This document shows, piece by piece, positions 27,060-36,455 of a DNA stretch of 56,950 nt (position 1 is its first letter; each line of letters starts with the position of its first letter). Under the pieces are notes generated by a model, which saw only the letters and a list, made by a program, of their open reading frames with translations, was not told the DNA's origin and did no database searches. The position numbers were made by a program, and so were the translations under genes. This DNA comes from Arenicellales bacterium (GTDB lineage: Bacteria > Pseudomonadota > Gammaproteobacteria > BMS3Bbin11). The stretch is taken from positions 1 to 56,950 of the forward strand of contig JBLYYR010000238.1 of NCBI GenBank assembly GCA_048550195.1, written 5' to 3'.

Positions 27060-29463
27060 AACGTGCAATTCTAAAACCAAGATCGTAACGCGGTTTACTG
27101 CTGTAGTCGCGGTAGCTTAGGCGCAGTTCGGTAATATTGCCGTGCCGCCAGCTGGATCCGCGCACGACATGATGCTCACCCGATGCAGGACCAGCAGGAT
27201 CGGTAACCTGTTTTGTAGACTCGCCCGGATACACCGCATAGTAATCATGCATCCATTCAGCAACGTTGCCACCCAGATCAAAAAATCCTTTCGGCCGGGC
27301 CGGGAAACTGGCTACCGGTGCACTGCCGCGGAAACTGTCATCATAGCCCGGGACAACATCGGCAAGCGTATCGGCTATGCGGGCATCAGCAAAGTTACCT
27401 ACTTTTCCTGTTGGTGGGAAACTGCCATTCCAGGGGTAACGTTGTGCACTCTTCTGGTCCTGCATACGGGCAACCCAGGCCCACTCGGCTTCAGTCGGCA
27501 ACCGATAGCCGTCATTCACAGGTCGGACCGCCACCATTTTTTTATCTTTCTCGACATACGCCGGTGACAAACCCTGCTGCTTACTGAGCCAGTTAGTATA
27601 ACGGGCGGCGTCATCCCAACTGATATTGACCACCGGCTGCTCATCACCATTCAATGCCGCAGCGTCAAAATTTCCGGAATCATGTGTTTTATCAAAACGG
27701 CGATAGTCTCCATTTGTTACTTCTTTGCTCGATAAATAGAAGGGTCGCTGCAATTGCACCAGCCTCTGGCTCTCGTTCGCCCGGCGTCCCGCTTCACGGC
27801 GCGATGCACCCATCACAAAACTTCTTTGCGGGTGTATCCGTATTAACTGGTGACCCGCTATTGACGTCGTGGCAGTATCTGTCGAACTCTTTTTCTTTGC
27901 AGCCTGCTGTTTTGCAGTCTTTAAGCTGATCTGGACATTCTGGCCAGTTCCCGGCCGCGGTCTGATAGTCAATTTTTCAGAGATATAACCTGCTTTACTC
28001 ACAGCCAGGGTGTGCGGACGTGCTGCAAGACGCAGGCGTCCCTGATTCGTCTCAAGCTTTTTTCCATCAAGCAGTGTTGTCGCATCGGCAGGGCGTATTG
28101 TCAGGAATATCGTACCCACCTCGGCGGTCAGCGCCACATCAATTGTGCGTTCTTCATCCGGTTTCAGGTGGACTGATTTTTTCGCGGGAGCATAGCCCGC
28201 CTTGCTTAATTCCAGGTTATGTTCTGCATTTGCGGACAGCGTTAACTTCTTCGGCGTCGTACCAGAAAACTTCCCATCAACAACAATGCTTGCAGCCGAC
28301 GGAACGCTGCTGAGAACTAGCACACCATCTACCGGTTCCAGTTTAATATTATTCAGCGTGATATTTTTTCCTGCCTCCACGATTTGTTTGATTGAAAGAG
28401 TTTTGAACCCATCCTTCTTCAGCTGAATTTCATGACTGCCCTGCAATAGTTCTGTTTTCAGGGGTGTCTGCCCGAGTAACTTTCCCTTCATATAAACACC
28501 GGCAGATTCAGGCTCTGTGGTGATAAGGAACTCTGCCCAGGCAGGTTTTAAAGCAACAGCAAGCTGCTGAGTTTTCCCATAACCCTGAATATCCAGCTCC
28601 TGCTCCTCCGGCAGGTAACGTGCAGTAGTGATATGCAGTTTGTGCCTGCCGCGCTCGATCTCTGCCACTCCCTGCTGTGATATTTCTGTCTTAACGCCGT
28701 CAACACGCAGCTGCAAAGGGACTGCCGGTGTGCTTGTAATCGTCAGCAGACCGGGTAATTCCGTTAGTTCATACGACAATTCGAGCATCTCACCAATTTC
28801 AATATCAACGGGCTCATGCAGTGGATAGTAACCAGTTTCTGTCATTTCTATGGTGTATTGTCCGGGTAAGGCCAGTCTGGAATTCCACAGCGACAGTACT
28901 GGAGGAAAGCCTTTCATCTTCACCGCCGCTGTTTGCGGGTCTGTTCGAATCACCACCGGGGTAGCTATCAGCAGATAGCCGACAAGCAGAATTAACAGGG
29001 AAATAAAAGCAATGAAATACCGGTGTCGCTTTTTTCCATCACCCTGACCATGATCCTGTCTGTGTACCGGCAAATCATGATTGCCTGAGTACTGGTTATC
29101 AACAGATGGCGCAGAGGGTGGACGAGGAAAATGGTCCTCTGACTGCCCCTGAACATCAATTAGAACTTTGTCGCCCTGTACTAGCCAGTTAATCACTGAG
29201 CCGCCTATCTGTACCCGGTCACCGGATTTAAGCCAGACTGAATCTGTCAGTCGTTCATCATTATGAAACAGGCTGCTGCTATCACCCGCCGGCTGGATGT
29301 AGGCATGCCCATCCGACAGAGCAATGAAAGCAAACAAACGTTCATCTGCAACACCGGGGATAACAATGCCACCCTGTTCTTTGCCCCCTATGCGTAAAGG
29401 CAGGTCTGCTTCAGTGACTTGCCGTTCAGCAAGCGCATCCGTGATGAAGTATTCACGTTTCAA
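27049..29463 (-). CDS. FHA-like + TM + PEGA repeats + SUMF1/FGE-sulfatase domain protein
   Basis: LKSGDRVQIG (FHA-like), TM helix, PEGA motifs (TEPESAGVY..GQTP, SVPSAASIVVDG..GTTP), and SUMF1 motifs EVTN, PVVNISWDDA, RLPTEAEW, DLGGNVAEW, LGFR. Confidence 0.85.
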   Translation of the reverse strand: MKREYFITDALAERQVTEADLPLRIGGKEQGGIVIPGVADERLFAFIALSDGHAYIQPAGDSSSLFHNDERLTDSVWLKSGDRVQIGGSVINWLVQGDKVLIDVQGQSEDHFPRPPSAPSVDNQYSGNHDLPVHRQDHGQGDGKKRHRYFIAFISLLILLVGYLLIATPVVIRTDPQTAAVKMKGFPPVLSLWNSRLALPGQYTIEMTETGYYPLHEPVDIEIGEMLELSYELTELPGLLTITSTPAVPLQLRVDGVKTEISQQGVAEIERGRHKLHITTARYLPEEQELDIQGYGKTQQLAVALKPAWAEFLITTEPESAGVYMKGKLLGQTPLKTELLQGSHEIQLKKDGFKTLSIKQIVEAGKNITLNNIKLEPVDGVLVLSSVPSAASIVVDGKFSGTTPKKLTLSANAEHNLELSKAGYAPAKKSVHLKPDEERTIDVALTAEVGTIFLTIRPADATTLLDGKKLETNQGRLRLAARPHTLAVSKAGYISEKLTIRPRPGTGQNVQISLKTAKQQAAKKKSSTDTATTSIAGHQLIRIHPQRSFVMGASRREAGRRANESQRLVQLQRPFYLSSKEVTNGDYRRFDKTHDSGNFDAAALNGDEQPVVNISWDDAARYTNWLSKQQGLSPAYVEKDKKMVAVRPVNDGYRLPTEAEWAWVARMQDQKSAQRYPWNGSFPPTGKVGNFADARIADTLADVVPGYDDSFRGSAPVASFPARPKGFFDLGGNVAEWMHDYYAVYPGESTKQVTDPAGPASGEHHVVRGSSWRHGNITELRLSYRDYSSKPRYDLGFRIARYGK

Positions 29464-30926
29464 ATTAATTCCTCACAGCGTAACGTTACTGTATAGGATC
29501 CGGTCTCAGGGCTCAGCGTAATGATTTTACGTACATCACGGTAACCGGCACAGGAGCCCGACAGGGTGTAACGACCCGCTCGCAGCGTTAACTGCTTCTG
29601 CTGAAAGCGGCCGAGCCGTCCGACATGATAGATGCTTATGTCTGTCTGGCCATCAGAACGTATAAGCAATTCGACCGGTACCATGGCAAGCCGTACAGCT
29701 TCCTTTAAGCGAGAAATTTTGGCTGCAAGCCGCGGTTCGTTGTCTGCAATCTGTTTGTTTGCCTGCAATAGCGTCTGCGCATTGGCCAGTGGCTCGTCTG
29801 ATGAAAGACGCGTTGTATCGGCCAGATAGTGGTCTATCCGTGCATTCAACTGGCTCTGCTTTTGCGCATAAGACAAACCCTCCCGGGCAGCAAGAGAGCG
29901 TCCATCGATGGCCAGAGCTTTGCGGTACAGTGCTGCTGCAGCCGACCAGTCTTCGCTGCCTGCTCTCTGCTCCGCCTGCCTGCGCAGACTGGCAAGCCTG
30001 TGCCGACGTTGGGCCCCAACTAGCCGGCGCTGGCCATCTTTGACAGCATCTGACCCAGGATGAATTGCAGCCGCCGCCTGCAGGGCTTTTTCGGCAACAC
30101 CGAGATTTCCTCGGTTGAGATTGTGCAGGGCCTCGCTCATAGCCTGTTTAAAGGCATTTTCAGTAAGCGAGATGTTGATTCTTTTTACTGCGTCCTGTGC
30201 CGGTTCATAAGAGGAATCAAGCCGCAGTGCAGCATTATAGGCTTCAGCGGCAGACATTGGCCTGTTCATTGCTTCAGCCTGACTGCCCGTCAGCATCAAC
30301 TGAAGAATTTCTTTTCGCACATTGGCACGCACCAGTCCCGTGCCGGCCTGTTCATGATCCGGCTGCATGGCAAGTGCACGCTGAAAGGCAGAAACAGCTG
30401 TCGCCACTTCATTCTGCTGCAGAGACTGCCAGCCTTCTGCAAGTGTTGCTGACAATCGATCAGGCCTGCCATCGAGTAAAGTCTGCAACTGTTGCGTGGC
30501 TTTTTTATAAGCGGCCAGGGCCTCGGTGAAATGGCCACGTCCATACAGCCCGTCTCCCTCTAAAGCTGTTTTCAAAGCAAGCTGCCAGTCTTCAGCTGCC
30601 CAGAATTCTGCATTGGCAAAATCTGGCTGCGCACGCAGGCGGAGGAAATCTTTAAGTGCCTGCTCGGCATCATTACGTACTACACCTACTGCCAGGGCCG
30701 GCGGTTGCACGCCCTGAACAGGTTTCGCTGCATGTGTGGTTTCCTCAGCCGAACGCTCAGAAACCAGGAAAGGTAACACCACAAGCACCACCAGCGTTAA
30801 AGCAGCAACGAAACCGAACAGTGCCCATACCATGTGATGAATATTATTTTGCCCGGTATCGACTGCATTTTTTTTCCCATTAGAAACAGGCGGCCGCAAA
30901 CCCGGCGGGCGAAGTTCATGCGGCAT
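29460..30926 (-). CDS. Membrane-anchored TPR protein with a C-terminal PEGA-like domain
   Basis: TM helix, TPR-like AYxxAL motifs and LRAGRYTL..CAGYRD. Confidence 0.75.
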   Translation of the reverse strand: MPHELRPPGLRPPVSNGKKNAVDTGQNNIHHMVWALFGFVAALTLVVLVVLPFLVSERSAEETTHAAKPVQGVQPPALAVGVVRNDAEQALKDFLRLRAQPDFANAEFWAAEDWQLALKTALEGDGLYGRGHFTEALAAYKKATQQLQTLLDGRPDRLSATLAEGWQSLQQNEVATAVSAFQRALAMQPDHEQAGTGLVRANVRKEILQLMLTGSQAEAMNRPMSAAEAYNAALRLDSSYEPAQDAVKRINISLTENAFKQAMSEALHNLNRGNLGVAEKALQAAAAIHPGSDAVKDGQRRLVGAQRRHRLASLRRQAEQRAGSEDWSAAAALYRKALAIDGRSLAAREGLSYAQKQSQLNARIDHYLADTTRLSSDEPLANAQTLLQANKQIADNEPRLAAKISRLKEAVRLAMVPVELLIRSDGQTDISIYHVGRLGRFQQKQLTLRAGRYTLSGSCAGYRDVRKIITLSPETGSYTVTLRCEELI

Positions 30927-32150
30927 TTATTCAGCCACGCCTGTACTGCTGGAAACGGGTGCGAGGCCGGTTTCCGAGGCATATATCTTTCGCATTATAT
31001 CCCGCCACTGCTCGTATTGTGCTTCGGCCGTACCGGTCAATTCACGCGCTTCTCCATCCACTTCAACAACCATCGGTTTCGCTTCGCTGCTGAATGACTC
31101 ACCCAGTTCTTCAATGGCTGCCTGATAGATCGTGCTTTGTGCATTGGTGTCCATACCCTTTTTAATCGAATACAGGCCGCCGATCACCATCACATCGCGT
31201 ACGGTACCGGTAGAAACGGTGGTATCGCTGCCCCCGAGGGCTTCAATGGCAATAGCGCCGAGTATTGCAGCAACACCCAGCGCCTTCTGGGTATTGGCCT
31301 TTCTTTTTATCTCCCGCAGGGCAGCGGCTTCTGTACTGCGAGCCTTGCGCCATTCCAGATAGGGCGGCGCCATTTCCCGATTGAAATTCTCAAAATGGCC
31401 GTTCAGGGTATCGACAAACAGGAAATCACGTTCCCGCACCAGCCGCACGCGCTGAATGGCAGGGTCATCTTCGGCCGGCAGTTTAAGCAGCGTATACCTG
31501 TCTTTATCATCCTTGCCAAGATAACCAGAAAAGGCATCTGGCACCATATCAATCGCAAAACGCATCTCAGCGATCTGCCGAATTTTGGTGCGTTCAGCAT
31601 CTGTCAGTGAATCACGAAACTTTGCCAGATCATTGGCTATAGCATGATACAGCGCGTCAAAGCTATCTGACGATGCCTGACTGCTGGTATAGTCAGCGGC
31701 TTCAACCTTTGCCTTATATATTTTCCCGAACCACTCTCGCCCACTGGCATCCAGTGCCGTCACCTCCAGCTTCAGTTCCTCGCCGGTGGAACTCACGATA
31801 GTGCCACGGACCAGTAACTCGGCACCTTCAGTATTTTTGGGTACTACCCGCACTGCCCCCCAATAACCGGTCTTTTCCATCACACCGCGTAAATAAAAAG
31901 GAATGTAATATGCCTCGGCTTTACGTATATCCAGTGACAAGCCACGCGCATCGTCTTTATCCTTCGGCAATTCACCCGGCTCAAACAGCTCAATCCAGAC
32001 ATCCAGCAGCTGATCTTCAGCCAGCTCCTGACTGACCTTTTGCAGCACTTCATCCTGTTTGGCAGTTCTCTGTCCGCCGGAAGTTGCACAGCCCGCGAGC
32101 AGGCCCAGCTGGAAAAACAACAGAATTATAATTTTAAATGCTTTATTCAT
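30927..32150 (-). CDS. Conserved-type hypothetical lipoprotein
   Basis: Lipobox LLAG-C after the ATG at 32150; internal hydrophobic Gly/Ala helix pair. Confidence 0.75.
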   Translation of the reverse strand: MNKAFKIIILLFFQLGLLAGCATSGGQRTAKQDEVLQKVSQELAEDQLLDVWIELFEPGELPKDKDDARGLSLDIRKAEAYYIPFYLRGVMEKTGYWGAVRVVPKNTEGAELLVRGTIVSSTGEELKLEVTALDASGREWFGKIYKAKVEAADYTSSQASSDSFDALYHAIANDLAKFRDSLTDAERTKIRQIAEMRFAIDMVPDAFSGYLGKDDKDRYTLLKLPAEDDPAIQRVRLVRERDFLFVDTLNGHFENFNREMAPPYLEWRKARSTEAAALREIKRKANTQKALGVAAILGAIAIEALGGSDTTVSTGTVRDVMVIGGLYSIKKGMDTNAQSTIYQAAIEELGESFSSEAKPMVVEVDGEARELTGTAEAQYEQWRDIMRKIYASETGLAPVSSSTGVAE

Positions 32151-32154
32151 CCTT

Positions 32155-32940
32155 TTAACGACTGCCTGATTTATACCGCCGGTATTCATCCCATAGCTTC
32201 TTCTTCAGTTCCGGGTCAGTTTCTTTTTCTGCCGCTTCGCGCAACTGCCGCGCTACAACATCATCATTCCTGCCATCAGGTATATCTTTTGGCGCTGTGC
32301 TTTTATGTTCAGAAGAGGATTTGGACGGTGCACCCGATTCACTGTCTGCGGGTTGCCTGTCCTGTTCTGTCTGTTTATCACCCGCTTTCTTCTGTCCACT
32401 ATCATCTGTAGCATTCCCTTCTTCAGCTTCATCGCCATCACTGCCGCCGCCGGCAGAGTCACCCGCAGCGCCAGTTTCAGCTGCAGGCCTTTTCGATTTA
32501 ACCCGATCCTGCTCTCTTAGCAGGCGCTCATCAAATTCGCCGAGAGAACCGTTAAGCTGCTCGATCATGCGGTCCGTTTTTTCCTGTCCGGTGCTTTCGC
32601 TTTTAATATCGATGTCAGCCGGCACGGAATAACCGGCTAAAATCTTTTCACAGGGAGGATCCACAGGCAGGCTTACTGTCGACCGGGCAGATACAGCCAG
32701 GCAATTTTCCGCCACTCGATCTTCCAGTTGTCTGATCCAGATTTTAAAATCAGCCTTCTCCCTATCAGAAAGGCCGCCACCTTTCAGCGCTTGATCAAAT
32801 TCTTTTTTTACCTGATTTAAACTTGAATAATCTTCTCGTAGCAATTGCAGTTCCTGTGTTACAGGCAATGCGGCACAGCCCTGTGCAGCAATTAATGCGG
32901 GTAACAGGAGAATTAGGTATTTTATTGAGGGTAAACGCAT
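32155..32940 (-). CDS. Hypothetical lipoprotein with a low-complexity linker and helical C-terminus
   Basis: AAQG-C lipobox after the ATG at 32940; C-terminal DDVVARQLREAAEKETDPELKKKLWDEYRRYK. Confidence 0.7.
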   Translation of the reverse strand: MRLPSIKYLILLLPALIAAQGCAALPVTQELQLLREDYSSLNQVKKEFDQALKGGGLSDREKADFKIWIRQLEDRVAENCLAVSARSTVSLPVDPPCEKILAGYSVPADIDIKSESTGQEKTDRMIEQLNGSLGEFDERLLREQDRVKSKRPAAETGAAGDSAGGGSDGDEAEEGNATDDSGQKKAGDKQTEQDRQPADSESGAPSKSSSEHKSTAPKDIPDGRNDDVVARQLREAAEKETDPELKKKLWDEYRRYKSGSR

Positions 32941-33090
32941 AATGGATAACTGTAACGCAATCAATCTGAATAGCAACTGAATCTATTGTATCAATGCGTC
33001 AATAGCGTCAATTGAATACAGGCTTGTTCCAGGTTCCGGCATGTGCCGAAATGACAACTATACGTAACAGCTGTGAACAAATCCGGTAAA

Positions 33091-33807
33091 TTAATCCGAT
33101 AAATAATACTCCACGGTCGATACTACTCGAAGCCTTTTTATATGCGGATTATTTTTATCCCTGGCGGCAATACTGAATTGGCCCTGTGATGCACGCCTGA
33201 TCTTGCCCAGTTTGCTTTTTGAATCTTTGGCAAATTTGAGCGCGACTTCTCGTGCCCTGGTGGTGGCCTGTTCAATCATTTCTGGTTTGATTTCATTCAA
33301 ACGGGTAAAGATATATTCCGGCCGCGTGTCGTAATTGCCGCCAGTGAACGCTATGCCCTGTTTGCCCAGTTGTGCCAGGCCGCTCAGTACCCGGTGTACC
33401 TGATCGATATTGCTGGAATAAACGGTTACCATCTGTACCGCCGTGTATCTGAATTCAGCCTGCCGGGTATTGCCGTAACTTTGTGCCGATTTATCGGTGA
33501 TCGCCGGTGTGGAAAGCGAAATTTCTGATGGCTTAATACCATTTTTTTCAAGATATTGCCTGATCTTATTAGTACTGACCTCAATGGCATCATAAAGTTC
33601 GCCGAGGTCATTTTTCGCAAGGGTAAATTGAATCGGCCAGATGACTATATCCGCCGGAAATTCCTGTTCAGCAAGCCCCTTTACTGCAACCGTGCGCTCA
33701 AGTCCTTTATAGCGGATAGCCGCATCACCCAACAAGTACCCCAATGCAGCCAGCCCAAGAAAAACAAAGATACCCAGGATCAGCGCTCCGGTTTTATCTT
33801 CCTTCAT
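33091..33807 (-). CDS. SIMPL/DUF541 domain protein
   Basis: TM helix, RTVAVKGLAE...ADIVIW and LGKIRRASQGQFSI motifs. Confidence 0.85.
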   Translation of the reverse strand: MKEDKTGALILGIFVFLGLAALGYLLGDAAIRYKGLERTVAVKGLAEQEFPADIVIWPIQFTLAKNDLGELYDAIEVSTNKIRQYLEKNGIKPSEISLSTPAITDKSAQSYGNTRQAEFRYTAVQMVTVYSSNIDQVHRVLSGLAQLGKQGIAFTGGNYDTRPEYIFTRLNEIKPEMIEQATTRAREVALKFAKDSKSKLGKIRRASQGQFSIAARDKNNPHIKRLRVVSTVEYYLSD

Positions 33808-33816
33808 GACCCAGTC

Positions 33817-36060
33817 CTACTGTTTGTCGCCCAGACCGATATATTCAAAAAATGGATCCAGTGAACGCTCACGCTCGAGAAAGGTGTTTATTGATTCATC
33901 GATTTCCCGAGAGCCGCCTTTTGCATAGATTTCATCGCGTAAGCGTATGCCGACTTCTTTGTCCATCAAACCTCCTGGACTTTTTTCGAACACCGAGGCC
34001 AGGTCTGCCGAGATGGCTTCTGCCCAGGCGTAGCCGTAGTACCCGGCATCATAGCCTCCGCCAAGATGACCGAAGGAGGCAACAAATGCGGTGTCTATTG
34101 GCGGGGCCAGATAGACTTCAGTCATGATGTCATTACTGACTTTGACAAAATCATCAAAATCTTTCTGGTCAGTGCTCATGTGCAACTTCAGATCCAGCAT
34201 ACCAAAGGAAAGCTGGCGCCGGTACCAGGTGCCGATGGTTGCCAACCTGGCTGCTTCCATCTTATCCAGCGTATCGGCAGGAATTTTCCTGTTCGGGTCA
34301 CGATAATCTACCGCAAAACGGTCTAGCACATCTTTATCCCAGACCCAGTTTTCCAGCATCTGTGACGGCGCCTCAACAAAATCCCGCGGCACCGAGGTGC
34401 CGGAAAATGAGGCGTACCTTGTCTGTGTTAGCACAGAATGCAAAGCATGGCCGAATTCATGAAAAAGCGTCTCCACGTCACTGTGCTTCAGCAATGAAGG
34501 CCTGTCTTCTGTTGCTGGTGGAAAATTACATATCAGGGCCACCACCGGGCGCTGGTAAACACCATCATTAAGAAGTTTGCCGGTAGTCACGCCAAACTGG
34601 GCAAAATGCCCGTATTTGTTCTCTCGCGGAAATAGATCCATGTAGATCAGACCCAGCGGATCACCGGTAACGGCATCTGTCACGGCATACAGCCGCAGGT
34701 CATCAACCCATTTATAACCAGGTTCGACTGCCGCAATCCTGAGGCTGAATATCTCTTCAAAAATACTGAACATGCCCTCTAATACACTGTCCAGTTCAAA
34801 AAAGACTTTTAATTTACTGGTATCGACCTGGTATTCGGTCTTCTTCAATATATTTTTGTAATAACGCATATCCCACAGCATTATCTTTGCATCAGGGTTT
34901 CCAGTCTCGTCAGCCTTCAACTTCTGCAACTGGGCCATTTCTTCATCGAACTTCGGCTGCAGCCCCTGCACCAGACGCTGTTCAAAATCAAAAGCCGTTT
35001 TTGCATTTTTTGCCATTTTTGGTTCGATGCGATAATCCGCCCAGCTGTCATAACCCAGCAGCTCGGCAATCTGCGCGCGGGTTTTCAGCATTTTTGTGAA
35101 CAGCGGAATATTTTTTTCCTTCGCCCGATTTGATCGTATCGTCACCAGTTTTTTGCGTGTCTCTTCGCTGCTGGCATTCTGCATCACAGCAATGTACTGC
35201 CAACTGACATTGGCTTTTACATTGTACGTCCCTTTAACCGTTTTCAATTCCTTGTTACTGAGAAAATCTTCCGGCATACCGGCCAGTTCATCCGCCGTAA
35301 ATTCAACGGTTACTTTGGCATCTGTGATATTAGTAGCGAATTCCAGACTCATATTGTTCAGCTCAGTTTTCAACTCTTTGAGCTGCTGGCGTTTTTCGTC
35401 TGGCAGGGCCATACCATTGCGACGATAGTCACGCAGGGTTTCCTTAAACAACATGGCATCTTCAGCTTCAAGCTCAGGCCGGGTTTCCGCATAAGCGGCT
35501 ACTGTCTTATAGACATCCTCCCTGAATCCTGCCGCCACATACCAGGCCTGAATCTTCTTACTGGCCTGCAGCGCCTTATCCCGCATCGCCGCGTCCTGAC
35601 TGGTTTCTCTGATGACATCAACACGATCACTGACATTGAGAACCTGGTAGAAGGCATCATCCAGAGCGGCAATGGTGTTAGCGAAGTCACTTGCCTCCAG
35701 CGACAGTGCAGCAATGGCATCCAGCTGTTTATCGCCTGCTGCAATCGCAGCAGTAACAGAAGCATCGATTTCAGCAGGCGTTTGCTCCCAAACCGGCAAC
35801 TCAAACAGCACCTTTGCCTTTTCTGCAGCTGGTTGAAAGGTAGATAGCGCAGAAAGTTCTGTACCGGAGCCCTCTTCATTCAGTTGGAGCTTACCGGTCG
35901 GCTGTGTGGCTAGACGAGCAGCATTCGATTCAACTTTAGACACAGAATCGTCTGTAGATCCCCCCTGGCCACAGGCAGGCAATATAGAAATCAGGAATAA
36001 GACTGACAAAACTGTCAGGAATCGATGATGTGTGTTACTGAAAGATTTAGTTCTGGTCAT
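33817..36060 (-). CDS. M3 family (thimet/oligopeptidase) metallopeptidase, probable lipoprotein
   Basis: FHEFGH, RDFVEAPSQMLE and YDAGYYGY motifs; ILPA-C lipobox after the ATG at 36060. Confidence 0.9.
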   Translation of the reverse strand: MTRTKSFSNTHHRFLTVLSVLFLISILPACGQGGSTDDSVSKVESNAARLATQPTGKLQLNEEGSGTELSALSTFQPAAEKAKVLFELPVWEQTPAEIDASVTAAIAAGDKQLDAIAALSLEASDFANTIAALDDAFYQVLNVSDRVDVIRETSQDAAMRDKALQASKKIQAWYVAAGFREDVYKTVAAYAETRPELEAEDAMLFKETLRDYRRNGMALPDEKRQQLKELKTELNNMSLEFATNITDAKVTVEFTADELAGMPEDFLSNKELKTVKGTYNVKANVSWQYIAVMQNASSEETRKKLVTIRSNRAKEKNIPLFTKMLKTRAQIAELLGYDSWADYRIEPKMAKNAKTAFDFEQRLVQGLQPKFDEEMAQLQKLKADETGNPDAKIMLWDMRYYKNILKKTEYQVDTSKLKVFFELDSVLEGMFSIFEEIFSLRIAAVEPGYKWVDDLRLYAVTDAVTGDPLGLIYMDLFPRENKYGHFAQFGVTTGKLLNDGVYQRPVVALICNFPPATEDRPSLLKHSDVETLFHEFGHALHSVLTQTRYASFSGTSVPRDFVEAPSQMLENWVWDKDVLDRFAVDYRDPNRKIPADTLDKMEAARLATIGTWYRRQLSFGMLDLKLHMSTDQKDFDDFVKVSNDIMTEVYLAPPIDTAFVASFGHLGGGYDAGYYGYAWAEAISADLASVFEKSPGGLMDKEVGIRLRDEIYAKGGSREIDESINTFLERERSLDPFFEYIGLGDKQ

Positions 36061-36072
36061 GAAGGATACCTG

Positions 36073-36156
36073 GGTCTTTGGTCTTTGGTCTTTGGTCTTT
36101 GGTCTTTGGTCTTTGGTCTTTGGTCTTTGGTCTTTGGTCTTTGGTCTTTGGTCTTT
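36073..36156. repeat. Perfect heptamer tandem repeat (GGTCTTT)x12
   Basis: Counted directly; ends 12 nt upstream of the peptidase ATG. Confidence 0.97.
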
Positions 36157-36177
36157 GGTTTTGAAATTGACCTCAAA

Positions 36178-36388
36178 ATCCCGTTCAGGCTTGCCGAGAA
36201 TCGCAGGATGACCTGGGGTAGTCGGGATGTGCTGTCTGAGCGCAGCGAGTTTCACATCCCGCCAGATCATTCGAGCATCGCAGGGAACCCATAATGATTT
36301 TTATTATGGGCAAGCATGCGGGGGTCCTTTCTTTTGGTTACTTTTATTTAGACAAGTAAAGAAAAGTCACTCGCCCATAAAGGGCGAA
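36178..36388. other. Multi-hairpin structured intergenic element (ncRNA or dispersed repeat)
   Basis: Nested stems GCTTGCC/GGCAAGC, CGGGATGTG/CACATCCCG, CCCATAAT/ATTATGGG, ACTTTT/AAAAGT and TCGCCC/GGGCGA. Confidence 0.6.
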
Positions 36389-36455
36389 ACAAAAAGCTGG
36401 AATCACCCACAAAAAAACAAAAAAGAACGTTAAAAAATGCTAGCCGCAAAGGCGC

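Noticed and set aside
32991-33012. GCGTCAAT direct repeat or TTGACG -35 upstream of the motor operon
   Set aside because: The spacing to TACAAT is only 15 nt, too weak to call a promoter or operator.
924-36156. Tandem arrays as CRISPR
   Set aside because: The 7-bp units have no unique spacers, and no cas genes are present.
36061-36270. N-terminal extension of the M3 peptidase (TKDQRPK repeats)
   Set aside because: It comes from the repeat and the structured element. The lipoprotein signal fits a start at 36060.
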